Shown piece by piece: positions 47,720 to 58,092 of a DNA stretch of 64,000 bases (its first letter is position 1; each line of letters starts with the position of its first letter). The DNA comes from Ignavibacteria bacterium. Lineage in GTDB: Bacteria; Bacteroidota; Ignavibacteria; Kapaibacteriales; UBA4661. The stretch lies in assembly GCA_014654705.1 (NCBI GenBank), contig JACVZY010000095.1, positions 5,045 to 69,044 on the forward strand, in the 5' to 3' direction. Under the pieces are notes generated by a model. It did no database searches. It was not told where the DNA came from and was given only the letters and a program-made list of their open reading frames with translations. Position numbers and translations under genes: made by a program.

Positions 47720-50485
47720 ATGCAACGATTATCCCGATTTTTGCTCTCCACAGCGCTCGTCTGTACATTGGGCATTTTCACCGTGCATCTGCAATCGGCA
47801 TTAGCACAGAAAAAATCATCTGCGGCTTCAGCAACTCCCACGCAAGCTGCTTCCGTACAGGCAATACCCATCATTGACCGTGAAATTTTCTTTGGCGACC
47901 CCGAAATATCCGGCGCACAACTTTCGCCGGACGGCAAGTTTATGACGTTCATCAAGCCGCACAAAGGTACGCGCAATATCTGGGTAAAAAAGATTGACGA
48001 AGCATTTGCGAAGGCGCGTCCCATCACGGCGGACACCACGCGCCCCATTCGTGGCTATTTCTGGTCGCGCGACGGCAAATATGTACTCTACTCACAGGAT
48101 AAAGGCGGCGATGAGAACTTTAATGTGTACGCCGTGAAACCAGACGGCGCAGCGGCTCCCGGACAGGACGTTCCGGCACAGCGTGATTTGACGGGCTTGA
48201 AGGGTGTTCGAGTGCAGATTTATGCTGTACCGAAAACAACGCCTGACATTCTGTATATTGGCTTAAACGACCGCGACCCAGCGTGGCACGACCTCTACAA
48301 GCTCAGTCTTTCCACAGGCGAAAAAACGCTTTTGCGCAAAAATACTGATCGCATCGTGGGCTGGCAATTCGACAATGCCGATAATCTCCGCCTCGGGCTG
48401 CGCTCACTCCAAGACGGTTCGACCGAAGTGTTGCGCGTTGACAAGGACACACTTGTCGCGGTGTACAGCGTTAATGCCCTAGAATCTGCATATCCTGTAC
48501 GCTTCCACAAGGACAACAAACGTGTTTACATGGTAACAAATAAAACTGATGCCATTGACCTAACACGCCTTGTGCTGTTCGACCCTGCTACCGGAAAAGA
48601 AGAACTTGTAGAAGAAGACCCCATGAAGCGAGTAGATTTCGGCGGTGCGGCGTTCTCTGATGTTACGGGGGAGATGATTGTTACCACCTACGAAGATGAC
48701 CGTACAAGAATGTACTGGAAAGACAAAGGTTATGAGGCAGACTACAAACTCTTGGAAAAACAGCTTCCCAACACTGATATTGCCTTAGGCTCCAGCACCA
48801 AAGACGAGCGTTTTTGGCTGGTAACAGCAAGCAGCGATGTTGACCCGGGCGCAGTTTATCTCTTCGACCGCAAAACGAAAAAACTCACGTTCCAATACCG
48901 CCCGCGCCCAAATTTGCCAAGCAAAGACCTCGCACCGATGCTTGCGATTCGCTATAAATCATCGGACGGTCTGGAAATACCCGCTTATCTGACGCTCCCA
49001 AAAGGCTATGACCTGAAGACGGCAAAGAATCTACCTCTGGTGGTCAATCCGCACGGTGGTCCGTGGGGACGAGATACATGGGGCTATGATTCCTACGCAC
49101 AATTCCTCTCGAATCGTGGGTATGCTGTTTTGCAGCCGAATTTCCGGGCTTCCACGGGCTATGGCAAAAAATTCTTGAATGCTGGCAACAAGCAATGGGG
49201 CGACCTCATGCAAGACGATATTACCTACGGCGTTCAGCACCTTGTTACCGAAGGCATTGTTGACTCCAAGCGTGTCGGTATTATGGGCGGCAGTTATGGT
49301 GGTTATGCCACGCTTGCGGGCGTGACCTTCACGCCTGATTTGTACGCTGCTGCCGTGGCGATTGTTGCACCCTCGAACTTGATAACGCTGCTCAACTCTA
49401 TTCCGCCGTACTGGGAATCTATTCGTAAGGTGTTTTATTTGCGCATGGGCGACCCAACGACCCCGGAGGGCAAGAAACAGCTTAACCGCCAGTCGCCACT
49501 GAACTTTGCCGATAAAATTACGACACCGCTTATGGTGGTACAAGGTGCAAACGACCCGCGTGTGAAGAAAGCAGAAGCAGACCAAATCGTTACCGCACTT
49601 CGAGACCGAAAGTATCCCGTCGAGTACATTCTTGCCCCTGACGAGGGACACGGTTTTGCGCGTCCGGTAAACAATATGGCGTTCTTGGCGGCAGCAGAAA
49701 AATTCTTAGCAAAGCATCTCGGCGGACGCTTCCAAGAATCCATGCCGGAAGCAATTGCCGCACGGTTGAAGGAAATAACCGTCGATGTTTCAACGGTAGA
49801 ACTTCCCAAAAAGCCGGAGGTAAAAGCAGACGCTCCAAAGCCAATGACCGCAAAACCCGCATCCGACCTCAAACCGGGCAAAACAAACTACAAAATTGTG
49901 CTCGAAGTGGGTGGACGCAAAATTGAGATGACTAAAACGACTGAAATCACGGACGCGGGTAAAAATTGGAAAATAACGGAGACCTCTCAAAGCCCGATGG
50001 GGTCAGTTTCCGATGAAGCAGAAGTGCTCAAAGGAACGCTTGCGCCCGTCAAACGCCGTGTGAAGCAGGGTCCGATGAATATTGCGCTGGACTACAACGG
50101 TAGCAACGTCAAAGGCACAGTCGAAAGTCCGATGGGAAATAGCAAAATTGACAAGGATATCGAAGGTGTACTTTTTGCCGATGGCACCGGTACGTCCACG
50201 ATTCTGGCGACGTTACCGCTTGCCGAGGGCTACAAAACAACGTTCCTGAATTTCGACATGATGGCGCAGTCTGCGAAGCAAATGGAACTTGCGGTAGTGG
50301 GCATGGAAGAAATTACTGTTCCGGCAGGAAAATTCATGGCGTACAAAGTAGAAGTAATGCCGTCCGGTGGTGATGCCGGCGGAAGTACAATTTGGGTGGC
50401 AAAAGAAGGCGGCAAATTGCTCAAAGAACGTCAGAGCCTTCCGCAGATGAATGGAGCCATTGTTACATCGGAATTGCAACCATAG
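47720..50485 (+). CDS. S9-family serine peptidase (prolyl oligopeptidase/DPP-like) with an N-terminal beta-propeller and an extra C-terminal domain
   Basis: The signal peptide is MQRLSRFLLSTALVCTLGIFTVHLQSALAQ. The catalytic GGSYGGYATL (GxSxGG) is present, followed by Asp and His (DEGHGF). A C-terminal extension of roughly 250 aa has unknown function. Confidence 0.8.
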   Translation: MQRLSRFLLSTALVCTLGIFTVHLQSALAQKKSSAASATPTQAASVQAIPIIDREIFFGDPEISGAQLSPDGKFMTFIKPHKGTRNIWVKKIDEAFAKARPITADTTRPIRGYFWSRDGKYVLYSQDKGGDENFNVYAVKPDGAAAPGQDVPAQRDLTGLKGVRVQIYAVPKTTPDILYIGLNDRDPAWHDLYKLSLSTGEKTLLRKNTDRIVGWQFDNADNLRLGLRSLQDGSTEVLRVDKDTLVAVYSVNALESAYPVRFHKDNKRVYMVTNKTDAIDLTRLVLFDPATGKEELVEEDPMKRVDFGGAAFSDVTGEMIVTTYEDDRTRMYWKDKGYEADYKLLEKQLPNTDIALGSSTKDERFWLVTASSDVDPGAVYLFDRKTKKLTFQYRPRPNLPSKDLAPMLAIRYKSSDGLEIPAYLTLPKGYDLKTAKNLPLVVNPHGGPWGRDTWGYDSYAQFLSNRGYAVLQPNFRASTGYGKKFLNAGNKQWGDLMQDDITYGVQHLVTEGIVDSKRVGIMGGSYGGYATLAGVTFTPDLYAAAVAIVAPSNLITLLNSIPPYWESIRKVFYLRMGDPTTPEGKKQLNRQSPLNFADKITTPLMVVQGANDPRVKKAEADQIVTALRDRKYPVEYILAPDEGHGFARPVNNMAFLAAAEKFLAKHLGGRFQESMPEAIAARLKEITVDVSTVELPKKPEVKADAPKPMTAKPASDLKPGKTNYKIVLEVGGRKIEMTKTTEITDAGKNWKITETSQSPMGSVSDEAEVLKGTLAPVKRRVKQGPMNIALDYNGSNVKGTVESPMGNSKIDKDIEGVLFADGTGTSTILATLPLAEGYKTTFLNFDMMAQSAKQMELAVVGMEEITVPAGKFMAYKVEVMPSGGDAGGSTIWVAKEGGKLLKERQSLPQMNGAIVTSELQP

Positions 50486-50563
50486 GCGTTGGCTACATTT
50501 GAAGGATGGATTTGCGCACAAAGGCTCGGTATTGATTACCGAGCCTTTTGTATTCCATGGTAC

Positions 50564-51124
50564 TCACAATGCCGGATTCTTCCACTCCACATCCTGAGCG
50601 CCTGCCAGATGATTCGCCATGCGAGCGGCGGTGAAGAGATAATCTGACAAGCGGTTCAAAAACTTGCCAATTTCCGCGCCAACGGCTTCAGTGCGCGAGA
50701 GCGCCGTTTCGCACCGTTCAGCGCGGCGGCAGACCGTCCGCGCAAGGTGCAAATATGCTGCCGATGGCGTTCCGGTAGGAAGAATAAAGGCTTTAAGCGG
50801 CAAAAGTTCGGCGTCATATTCGTCTATAAGACGCTCCAGATATGCCGTGTGTGCTGCCGTAATGCGCGGAATCGGGTACGCAGGCGGCGGGTCAAGCGGT
50901 GTAGCAAGGTCTGCTCCGGCAGTAAAAAGCAACGCCGATATTTCGAGAAGGCTTGATTGGAGACGCTCCGGCATTTGTTGCGTTACCGCCACACCAATCA
51001 GTGAATTGAGTTCATCTATTGTGCCGTACGCCTCTATGCGCAAGTGGTCTTTCGGCACACGGTCGCCGCCGAATAAGCCTGTTGTGCCGTCGTCGCCGGT
51101 TTTGGTGTATATTTTTGTTGCCAT
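50564..51124 (-). CDS. PduO-type ATP:cob(I)alamin adenosyltransferase
   Basis: MATKIYTKTGDDGTTGLFGGDRVPKDHLRIEAYGTIDELNS is the canonical PduO/MMAB N-terminus. Confidence 0.85.
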   Translation of the reverse strand: MATKIYTKTGDDGTTGLFGGDRVPKDHLRIEAYGTIDELNSLIGVAVTQQMPERLQSSLLEISALLFTAGADLATPLDPPPAYPIPRITAAHTAYLERLIDEYDAELLPLKAFILPTGTPSAAYLHLARTVCRRAERCETALSRTEAVGAEIGKFLNRLSDYLFTAARMANHLAGAQDVEWKNPAL

Positions 51125-51207
51125 TGGTTTTGCTATGTTAAAAAATCTAGGGTTCTGAAAATCGTTTGCTTGCCGAACGAGAATAGTATCCGCTCCTCTA
51201 CTTATTC

Positions 51208-53346
51208 TTACGCGGCTGTCATCAGATTTTCAATATCCGCCAAAACCTTCTTTGCCGCCAAAACGATATTCGTACCGGGTCCGAAAATTTCTTTTACGCC
51301 TGCCGCATAGAGCGCATCGTAGTCCTGATGAGGAATCACGCCGCCCGCCACAACAACAATGTCATCCGCACCTTCTTTTCGGAGCGCTTCGATAAGCTGT
51401 GGAACTAAGGTTTTATGACCTGCCGCAAGCGATGACACGCCCACCACATGAACATCATTTTCAATAGCCTGCTTCGCGGCTTCTTCCGGCGTTTGGAAGA
51501 GTGGTCCCATATCCACATCAAATCCCAAATCAGCAAACGCTGAAGCAATAATACGTGCCCCTCGATCATGTCCGTCCTGCCCCAGTTTGCAGACCAGCAT
51601 ACGCGGACGGCGACCATGCGCTTCCGAAAAACGCTCTGTTTCCGCCAGAAGGTTTTTCACGTCCGCATTATCGCCATACTCGGCGCTGTACACGCCGGAA
51701 ACGGTCGCCACTTGTGCTTCATAGCGCTTGAAAGCGCGTTCCATTGCGTCCGATATTTCACCCACAGTGGCACGCTTGCGAGCCGCATCCACTGCCGCTT
51801 TCAGAAGATTCCCCTCGCCCGATGCTGCGCGACGCGAGATTTCTTCAAGTGCCGCTTGTACATCTGCCGTATTGCGCGTGGCACGAATCTGCTCCAAACG
51901 GCGTATCTGCCCTTCGCGTACAGCGACGTTATCCACATCCAAAATATCAATCGGATCTTCTTTGGCAAGGCGGTATTTATTCACGCCTACAATCACAAAT
52001 TTCCCTTGGTCAATCGCAGCCTGACGGCGAGCAGCGGATTCCTCAATTTTTTGCTTTGGCAATCCCGCAACGATAGCTTTAGTCATACCGCCCAGCGCGT
52101 CCACCTCGCGCATCAGCTTTTGGGCTTCCACAATAATCGAATGCGTCAGCGATTCCACATAATACGAGCCTGCAAGCGGGTCTGCAACCTGTGTTACACC
52201 GGATTCTTCCGCCAAAATAAGCTGTGTATTCCGCGCAATGCGGGCAGAAAACTCCGTCGGCAGCGCAATGGCTTCGTCAAAAGAGTTCGTGTGTAGCGAT
52301 TGCGTTCCACCCAGCACCGCAGCAAGTGCTTCGATGGTCGTGCGGACGATGTTGTTGTACGGGTCTTGCTCGGTAAGCGACCAGCCCGATGTCTGGCAAT
52401 GCGTTCTCAGCGCTGTCGAAAGCGGCTTTTGGGGGTTGAATTGCTGCATCATATTTGCCCACAGATACCGTGCGGCTCTCATTTTTGCTATTTCCATGAA
52501 GAAATTCATCCCAATTCCCCAGAAAAACGAGAGGCGTGGTGCGAATGCGTCCACATCCAACCCACGCACCAGCGCCGTGCGCACGTACTCCAGTCCGTCC
52601 GCGAGTGTGAATGCTACTTCCTGCACTGCATTTGCGCCCGCTTCGTGCATATGGTAGCCCGAAATTGAAATGCTGTTGAATTTCGGCATAAACTTGCTTG
52701 TGTACTCGATAATATCCGCCACAAGGCGCATAGACGGCTCCGGCGGATAAATGTAAGTATTCCGCACCATAAATTCTTTCAGAATATCGTTCTGAATCGT
52801 ACCGGAGAGTTTGTCGGCGCTCACTCCCTGCTCCTCGCCCGCAACGATAAACATTGCCATAATCGGTATCACAGCGCCATTCATGGTCATCGAGACTGAC
52901 ATTTCATCAAGCGGAATTTGGTCGAACAAAATTTTCATATCCTCGACTGAATCAATCGCTACGCCTGCCTTGCCTACATCGCCTACTACGCGCGGGTGAT
53001 CGGAGTCATAGCCTCGGTGCGTCGCCAAATCAAACGCTACCGAAAGCCCTTTTTGCCCAGCTGCAAGATTTTTTCGATAAAATGCGTTCGAAGCCTCTGC
53101 CGTCGAGAATCCCGCGTACTGACGGATTGTCCACGGGCGATTCGTGTACATAGTGGCATAAGGACCGCGCAAATACGGGAAGATACCGGGCATGGTCTCT
53201 TCAAAGCCGATAGCTTCGAGGTCGGCGGCGGTATAGAGTGGTTTGACGGGGATACCGTCTTGCGTTTGGCGGGTGAGCGCCTCAAGGGGCTTATCTTTGA
53301 GTTCTTTTTGCGCCAGAGCGCTCCATTGGTCGAGTGTGGCAGCCAT
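51208..53346 (-). CDS. Methylmalonyl-CoA mutase, single-chain form (catalytic TIM barrel plus a C-terminal B12-binding domain)
   Basis: The N-terminal portion is MCM-like. A C-terminal DxHxxG-type cobalamin-binding Rossmann domain is present ([17 protein letters not shown]). The start is MAATLDQ at 53346. Confidence 0.85.
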   Translation of the reverse strand: MAATLDQWSALAQKELKDKPLEALTRQTQDGIPVKPLYTAADLEAIGFEETMPGIFPYLRGPYATMYTNRPWTIRQYAGFSTAEASNAFYRKNLAAGQKGLSVAFDLATHRGYDSDHPRVVGDVGKAGVAIDSVEDMKILFDQIPLDEMSVSMTMNGAVIPIMAMFIVAGEEQGVSADKLSGTIQNDILKEFMVRNTYIYPPEPSMRLVADIIEYTSKFMPKFNSISISGYHMHEAGANAVQEVAFTLADGLEYVRTALVRGLDVDAFAPRLSFFWGIGMNFFMEIAKMRAARYLWANMMQQFNPQKPLSTALRTHCQTSGWSLTEQDPYNNIVRTTIEALAAVLGGTQSLHTNSFDEAIALPTEFSARIARNTQLILAEESGVTQVADPLAGSYYVESLTHSIIVEAQKLMREVDALGGMTKAIVAGLPKQKIEESAARRQAAIDQGKFVIVGVNKYRLAKEDPIDILDVDNVAVREGQIRRLEQIRATRNTADVQAALEEISRRAASGEGNLLKAAVDAARKRATVGEISDAMERAFKRYEAQVATVSGVYSAEYGDNADVKNLLAETERFSEAHGRRPRMLVCKLGQDGHDRGARIIASAFADLGFDVDMGPLFQTPEEAAKQAIENDVHVVGVSSLAAGHKTLVPQLIEALRKEGADDIVVVAGGVIPHQDYDALYAAGVKEIFGPGTNIVLAAKKVLADIENLMTAA

Positions 53347-53537
53347 AGCGATTGAGAAAAACGTTAAGAAGTGTAGTATTGAAATTGTAGGATAATAACA
53401 GAAAGTCCACAAACTAAATGCAAAACAGCAATAATCTCGAAATTATTTGGTTCTGCATAGATTTAGTTACAAAGACCTGAACTCAAGCAGTTTTCAACGT
53501 GAACGACAACGGTTTTACGCTTTTACAAGCATTGGTT

Positions 53538-53559
53538 CAAAAGGCTTGCGTGCCTTTTA
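53538..53559. terminator. Small bidirectional hairpin terminator downstream of the DUF3224 gene
   Basis: AAAAGGC-ttgcgt-GCCTTTT. Only the stem is G/C-rich, so this is weak. Confidence 0.3.
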
Positions 53560-53639
53560 GAAAGCGCCATAGCAAGCACTGCTGAGGTCAGATTAGACTG
53601 CTTATTGACCCCCTCTAATCATCGGCAAGAGCGTACGAT

Positions 53640-54041
53640 CTACGGCAATGTATAGTCAAAGGTGTACGAGTGTTTGCCTGCATCATTGATAATGTTCATC
53701 GTTCCCGAAAGCCCTTCCAATGCCCCTGTGCCTGAATCCGGCACCACGGTAATGTTTAGATGCGATTCGCCACGGTTCAAAATCCCAAAGTGCATCAGCA
53801 CAAACGTGCCTGTGCGCCCGTGCAGAGAACCGCTTACTTTCTCAATCGCAACATACCCCGCCGAGCCTTTAATGCTTGTGCCGGCGCTCAGCATTTCACC
53901 TTTACTTGTTGCTGTGAGGTCGCCATGAAACGTTTTGTCTATGGAGAGCCTGCCTAAAAGCGCATCAGCACCTGTGTCGGAGAGCGTTTGAGGTGCAAGT
54001 TTTACCTCAAACGCTCCACTTGCGTGTATTGCCATTATCAT
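53640..54041 (-). CDS. DUF3224 domain protein
   Basis: At 133 aa, MIMAIHASGAFEVKLAPQ... matches the remembered DUF3224 N-terminal pattern (..ASG.FEVKL.PQ). Confidence 0.5.
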   Translation of the reverse strand: MIMAIHASGAFEVKLAPQTLSDTGADALLGRLSIDKTFHGDLTATSKGEMLSAGTSIKGSAGYVAIEKVSGSLHGRTGTFVLMHFGILNRGESHLNITVVPDSGTGALEGLSGTMNIINDAGKHSYTFDYTLP

Positions 54042-54092
54042 CCTTGTAAAAAAGTAAAAAAACGCTGTTTGAATTCAATCTGGATACAATGG

Positions 54093-56501
54093 TTATGATT
54101 CGGAGTGAACCGCAACGTCACTGGGAATCTCTGCGGCTGAAGTAGGCTTCATAGCCCGTGCAAGCTCTTCCCGACGGCGACCAATGGCAACAAAAAATCC
54201 TGCGACCATGAAAATAACGCCCCCCCATACGAGGTTGATAAAGGGCTTGTAGGAAAGTTCAATCGTAAAGACCTCGCGAGGAACTGTGCTGGGTTTGGAT
54301 GAATCCGCGAAAGCGAGAACAGCTTGTGATTTGGAAAGATTTTCTTTATTCGCCACAATTTTTTGGAAGGCAATGTAATACTTGGTTCCAGGGATGTTGA
54401 ACGGTTCTTGTGTTTGCGCTGCTGCGTTGCCTGCGATTCCCTCTTTGCCTTTGAAGGTCGTGTAAATTGCTTGTACGCTTGTGTCTGCGCCGTTAGCGGT
54501 TCGGTGAACGATTTCGACAATCGCTCCCAAGCGTAGGTTATCAGGATTTCCGCCGCTTTGCATTGCCGTCATTGCCTGCGCCATATCAAATTTTTTCAGA
54601 AGAACGCTGTACGAGGAATCAATCGGTAGCGGCACGGGCGTTTCTTTGTTGATAATGGCTGCCGGCGCTTCACCTTCGGATTCGATAGATTTGGGCGAAA
54701 CGTACATATCGCTTGTCAGCGTCCATTTGATGCCGGGTTCGAGAAATGCCGATTCGCGCTTATTGAAGTCGCTCCAGTAGAGCACCGGTGCGACGACGGT
54801 CTCTTTGCCATCTTTTTCCAGCGCAACATAATATTTATATTTTTCGCGATCTTTGTAGTCTTTCTCAACTTGCTCGCGCCCGACGTACATTATTTTGTAA
54901 CCCAGTGCCTGTTTTGCTACACCCTGCGGCAGCGAAACGTGTTCGGTCAAAGAATAACGCGAAGTCGCTACAATACCCAGAAAAAGCAGTGCAATACCGA
55001 AGTGCGAAATATACGCCCCCGTGTGCTGGGGCTTTGAGCGCATAAGCCGCACACCCATTTCCACATTGACAAAAAGTGCGAAAAACGAGCCAAGCACGAG
55101 CGTCAAATAAACAAGGTCACGCACACCAAAAGCTGCTGCAATACCGCTTGCCACGACAGCCAGCGCTGCCGGAATGGTCAGTTTGCGTAAAAATTCTTTC
55201 CTCCCTGTTGCTTTCCAACGCAGCAAAATTGCGGCTCCATTGACAAAAGCGACGACGATGACGAGTGGAAGGTGCATCTTGTTGTAATACGAAATATCAA
55301 TCGCTACTTTGGGCTGTTTCAGAATTTCGCAGACAAGAGGCCAGCTTGTGCCGATAGTAACAATAATAGCACTTGCCAGTGTGAGCGCGGAGCCAATGGA
55401 AAGTGCAAATTCGCGTGAGGTGGGATTGAAGTTTGCCTTATTAGAACTAATATCTTTGCGTCGCGCAATCAAAATTCCAAAGCCAAGAACGGCAAACACA
55501 ATAATAAATGCCAGCAGCAGAACATATGCAAACAAGCCGGGATCAACAAACGAATGAACCGAGGTGTCACCCAAAACACCGCTTCTGGTCAGGAACGTGG
55601 AATAGAGTACCATGAGAAAGGTAAGAATGGCAAGCACAAGGTTTGTGCGCACTAATCCGCCCGTTTTCTTTTGCGTCAGCATCGTGTGAACAAGTCCCAC
55701 CGCCACAAGCCACGGGATAAGCGAGGAATTTTCCACCGGATCCCAGCCCCAGAAGCCACCCCAGCCGAGCGTTTCATATGCCCAAAAGCCGCCCAGCATA
55801 ATTCCGAAGCCGAGCACAGCTGTTCCAAACAGTACCCATGGGAGCGAAACTGCTATCCAATTGTGATAATCACGCTTCAAAAGCCCACCCATTGCAAAGG
55901 CAAAGGGCACGGACATAGCAGCGAAGCCGATGAAGAGAATTGGCGGGTGAATGGTAATCCATAAGTTTTGCAAGAGCGGATTTAAGCCTTTACCATTTTG
56001 CGGCACAAAGCCCTCGGCTATACCATCTTTTGCAAATGATTCCCAAACATATGAGAACGGGCTTTTTGCAACAAGCATGAGCAGCAAAAAGATAAGAATC
56101 AAGCCGTAAAACGCCATAACCTCACCTTCGTACTTGTGTTTGCGCACATAAGGAAGGAGGCTTATGCCAATAGCAGACACAAAGACCGTCCAAAGCGTGA
56201 AACTTCCTTCTTGTCCCGCATAGAACGTTGCCGCCAGAAGGGGTTTGGAGAGTTCTCGTGAAGAGTGCCCCCAGACGTAGGTATAGCGAAAATCATGCGT
56301 AAAAATGTTGTAAAGTTGAACGCTTGAAACAATCAACATTCCAACAAAGATACAGACGAAAAAGATACGCCCGATACGGCGAAATTCCTCTTGCCAAGCG
56401 GTACCGCGCCCCGTATAGAGCGACAAAAAGTACGAACCCGACGACACAAGCGCCGAGGCAAAGAGGAGATTAACGAAGAATTGCGAATACTGTCCAAACA
56501 T
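54093..56501 (-). CDS. ccmF: Cytochrome c-type biogenesis heme lyase CcmF/NrfE family
   Basis: The WWD motif region YETLGWGGFWGWDPVENSSLIPWLVAVGLVHT aligns with E. coli CcmF [24 protein letters not shown]. The upstream LNPLLQNLWITIHPPILFIGFAAMSVPFAFA also matches. There are many TM segments. No other ccm gene is in the window. Confidence 0.85.
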   Translation of the reverse strand: MFGQYSQFFVNLLFASALVSSGSYFLSLYTGRGTAWQEEFRRIGRIFFVCIFVGMLIVSSVQLYNIFTHDFRYTYVWGHSSRELSKPLLAATFYAGQEGSFTLWTVFVSAIGISLLPYVRKHKYEGEVMAFYGLILIFLLLMLVAKSPFSYVWESFAKDGIAEGFVPQNGKGLNPLLQNLWITIHPPILFIGFAAMSVPFAFAMGGLLKRDYHNWIAVSLPWVLFGTAVLGFGIMLGGFWAYETLGWGGFWGWDPVENSSLIPWLVAVGLVHTMLTQKKTGGLVRTNLVLAILTFLMVLYSTFLTRSGVLGDTSVHSFVDPGLFAYVLLLAFIIVFAVLGFGILIARRKDISSNKANFNPTSREFALSIGSALTLASAIIVTIGTSWPLVCEILKQPKVAIDISYYNKMHLPLVIVVAFVNGAAILLRWKATGRKEFLRKLTIPAALAVVASGIAAAFGVRDLVYLTLVLGSFFALFVNVEMGVRLMRSKPQHTGAYISHFGIALLFLGIVATSRYSLTEHVSLPQGVAKQALGYKIMYVGREQVEKDYKDREKYKYYVALEKDGKETVVAPVLYWSDFNKRESAFLEPGIKWTLTSDMYVSPKSIESEGEAPAAIINKETPVPLPIDSSYSVLLKKFDMAQAMTAMQSGGNPDNLRLGAIVEIVHRTANGADTSVQAIYTTFKGKEGIAGNAAAQTQEPFNIPGTKYYIAFQKIVANKENLSKSQAVLAFADSSKPSTVPREVFTIELSYKPFINLVWGGVIFMVAGFFVAIGRRREELARAMKPTSAAEIPSDVAVHSES

Positions 56502-56549
56502 AGTGGTAGTGGGAAAAGTTAGAAGCTCGTAATTTGTATAGTCAGGTTC

Positions 56550-57881
56550 TTACGCCGCATGAACGGGAACCGCGTTCACACGCACTTCCACGCCATATTC
56601 CGCATTCATGCCGTCTATAAGCGGCGCAATGAAGGTAAGCGCATGAGCGGCAGCGGCATCATCAGGGAAAGTGTAATGCAGTACCACTGCACCATTATCT
56701 GCACTTTCGCGTATCAGGTAAGCGTGCGGGAAATGTGCTTGAACCTGCGTCTTGACGTAATCAGTGGCGGCAGTGCGCGTGGCAGAATGTTTGTCCTGCT
56801 CTTGACGGTCAATATAGACAAAATTCAGCATAGAAGCCACTTCCTTTGGCAGTGCAGGAAGCGAACCGCGTGGAATCAAGAATGCGCTCAGTGCCGAGAA
56901 ATCTGCAAAAACGCGGTGTTGAGAAGTTGCTCGCATGAGATAATCAAAGCCGCTCGAGCCGCCCGTGCCGACCTTAGCGCCTATCATCCGCATCACCATT
57001 TGTGCGTGGCGATAGCGCCAAATGGAGAAGTTCTCGTCAATTTCGATAAGCGTTTGCAAAAGTCGGAAGGGCAAGTGCAAAATCGGGTATTCGCGGTAGA
57101 GCAGGATAAACAATGCCGCTTGCGAAGCCTTGAAAGAAAGACGCTTTGCACCGCTTTCACGTAAAGCGTTGTATGCCTCTTCGCTAAAAAAAGCGCGGAA
57201 ACTTTGCTCGTTCATATCGGTCTGTGTGAGCATATCGTCCACCGCTTGTGCTGACATTGCGCTATTGACGCGAATCATCGTGCGGTCTCGGTCAAACATT
57301 GCCCCAACTGCTTCTTGGTACTCTTGCCAAAACGAATAGGAAGGCTTTTGGATAAACGGCATTCGCTCCAGCCAAAGCTCGATGAGAGAAAAGAGTGAAG
57401 GCTGTTTTTCTACTTCTCCGATATAATCTTTATCGGCATCCGAAAGCGGAAGGTGCGTTAGTACGCGCTGCTGCCGATGCAAGCCCAGTTTAATTTCCAT
57501 CAATCGAAACTGCACAGACTGAAAGCCACTGGCAGGATAGAGAACGTTGCGGAAGTCCAGAAAGTCCATCGGAGTCATGGTTTCCAGCACGTCTATTTGC
57601 TGGAAGAGAATCGGCGCAATGGAGGCAATTCGCTCCAAGCGTTGGAGCGCTGTCGCCACGTCATGCTCCGGTACGGGGTTTTGTACTAAAATTGCTAAAA
57701 TTGAGTCAAGTTCGTGAATGATTTGCTTGAACCAGAGTTCGTATGTTTGATGCGTGATAATGAAAAGCATTTCGTCGTGCGCCGGCGCACCGACTTCGCT
57801 AGAGCGTGGATGCTGGGCGTTCAGAATAGTAGGCAGATGAAGATAATCGCCGTAATAGACCGGTTTGTACGTGGTTGTCAT
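56550..57881 (-). CDS. kynA: Tryptophan 2,3-dioxygenase with a C-terminal extension of roughly 110-150 aa
   Basis: YYGDYLHLPTILNAQHP...PAHDEMLFIITHQTYELWFK and WRYRHAQMVMRMIGAKVGTGGSSGFDYL match bacterial TDO (YGGYLRLDQLL...HDEMLFIIQHQTSELWLK; WRFRH..VMRVIG.K.GTGGSSG). The start is MTTTYKP at 57881. Confidence 0.85.
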   Translation of the reverse strand: MTTTYKPVYYGDYLHLPTILNAQHPRSSEVGAPAHDEMLFIITHQTYELWFKQIIHELDSILAILVQNPVPEHDVATALQRLERIASIAPILFQQIDVLETMTPMDFLDFRNVLYPASGFQSVQFRLMEIKLGLHRQQRVLTHLPLSDADKDYIGEVEKQPSLFSLIELWLERMPFIQKPSYSFWQEYQEAVGAMFDRDRTMIRVNSAMSAQAVDDMLTQTDMNEQSFRAFFSEEAYNALRESGAKRLSFKASQAALFILLYREYPILHLPFRLLQTLIEIDENFSIWRYRHAQMVMRMIGAKVGTGGSSGFDYLMRATSQHRVFADFSALSAFLIPRGSLPALPKEVASMLNFVYIDRQEQDKHSATRTAATDYVKTQVQAHFPHAYLIRESADNGAVVLHYTFPDDAAAAHALTFIAPLIDGMNAEYGVEVRVNAVPVHAA

Positions 57882-58092
57882 AGATGGTTTTGTAGTGTCG
57901 AAGTGATAAGCGTCGTTTGGGGGAGTACGAATATACAAAATCCCCGCCTTTTTGCGGCATAGAAGCGAACTGCTTGAAAACAGTCTGGGAAGGAAAAGTG
58001 GAAAAGAAAACCTGTGATTTTGCGGTAAAAAGTTGTAGATTCGTAATCTGTGTGTCTTTTGCGCACAACTACTACACGCAAGCCCAGCATTC

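Noticed and set aside
51568-52296. 242-aa plus-strand ORF inside the methylmalonyl-CoA mutase gene
   Set aside because: It is an antisense shadow of a highly conserved enzyme gene.
53413-53639. Possible cobalamin riboswitch upstream of the MCM gene
   Set aside because: I found no B12-box-like (GCCACUG-type) core or the expected multi-stem architecture. Only a small terminator hairpin for the upstream operon is visible. MCM genes are not typical riboswitch targets.
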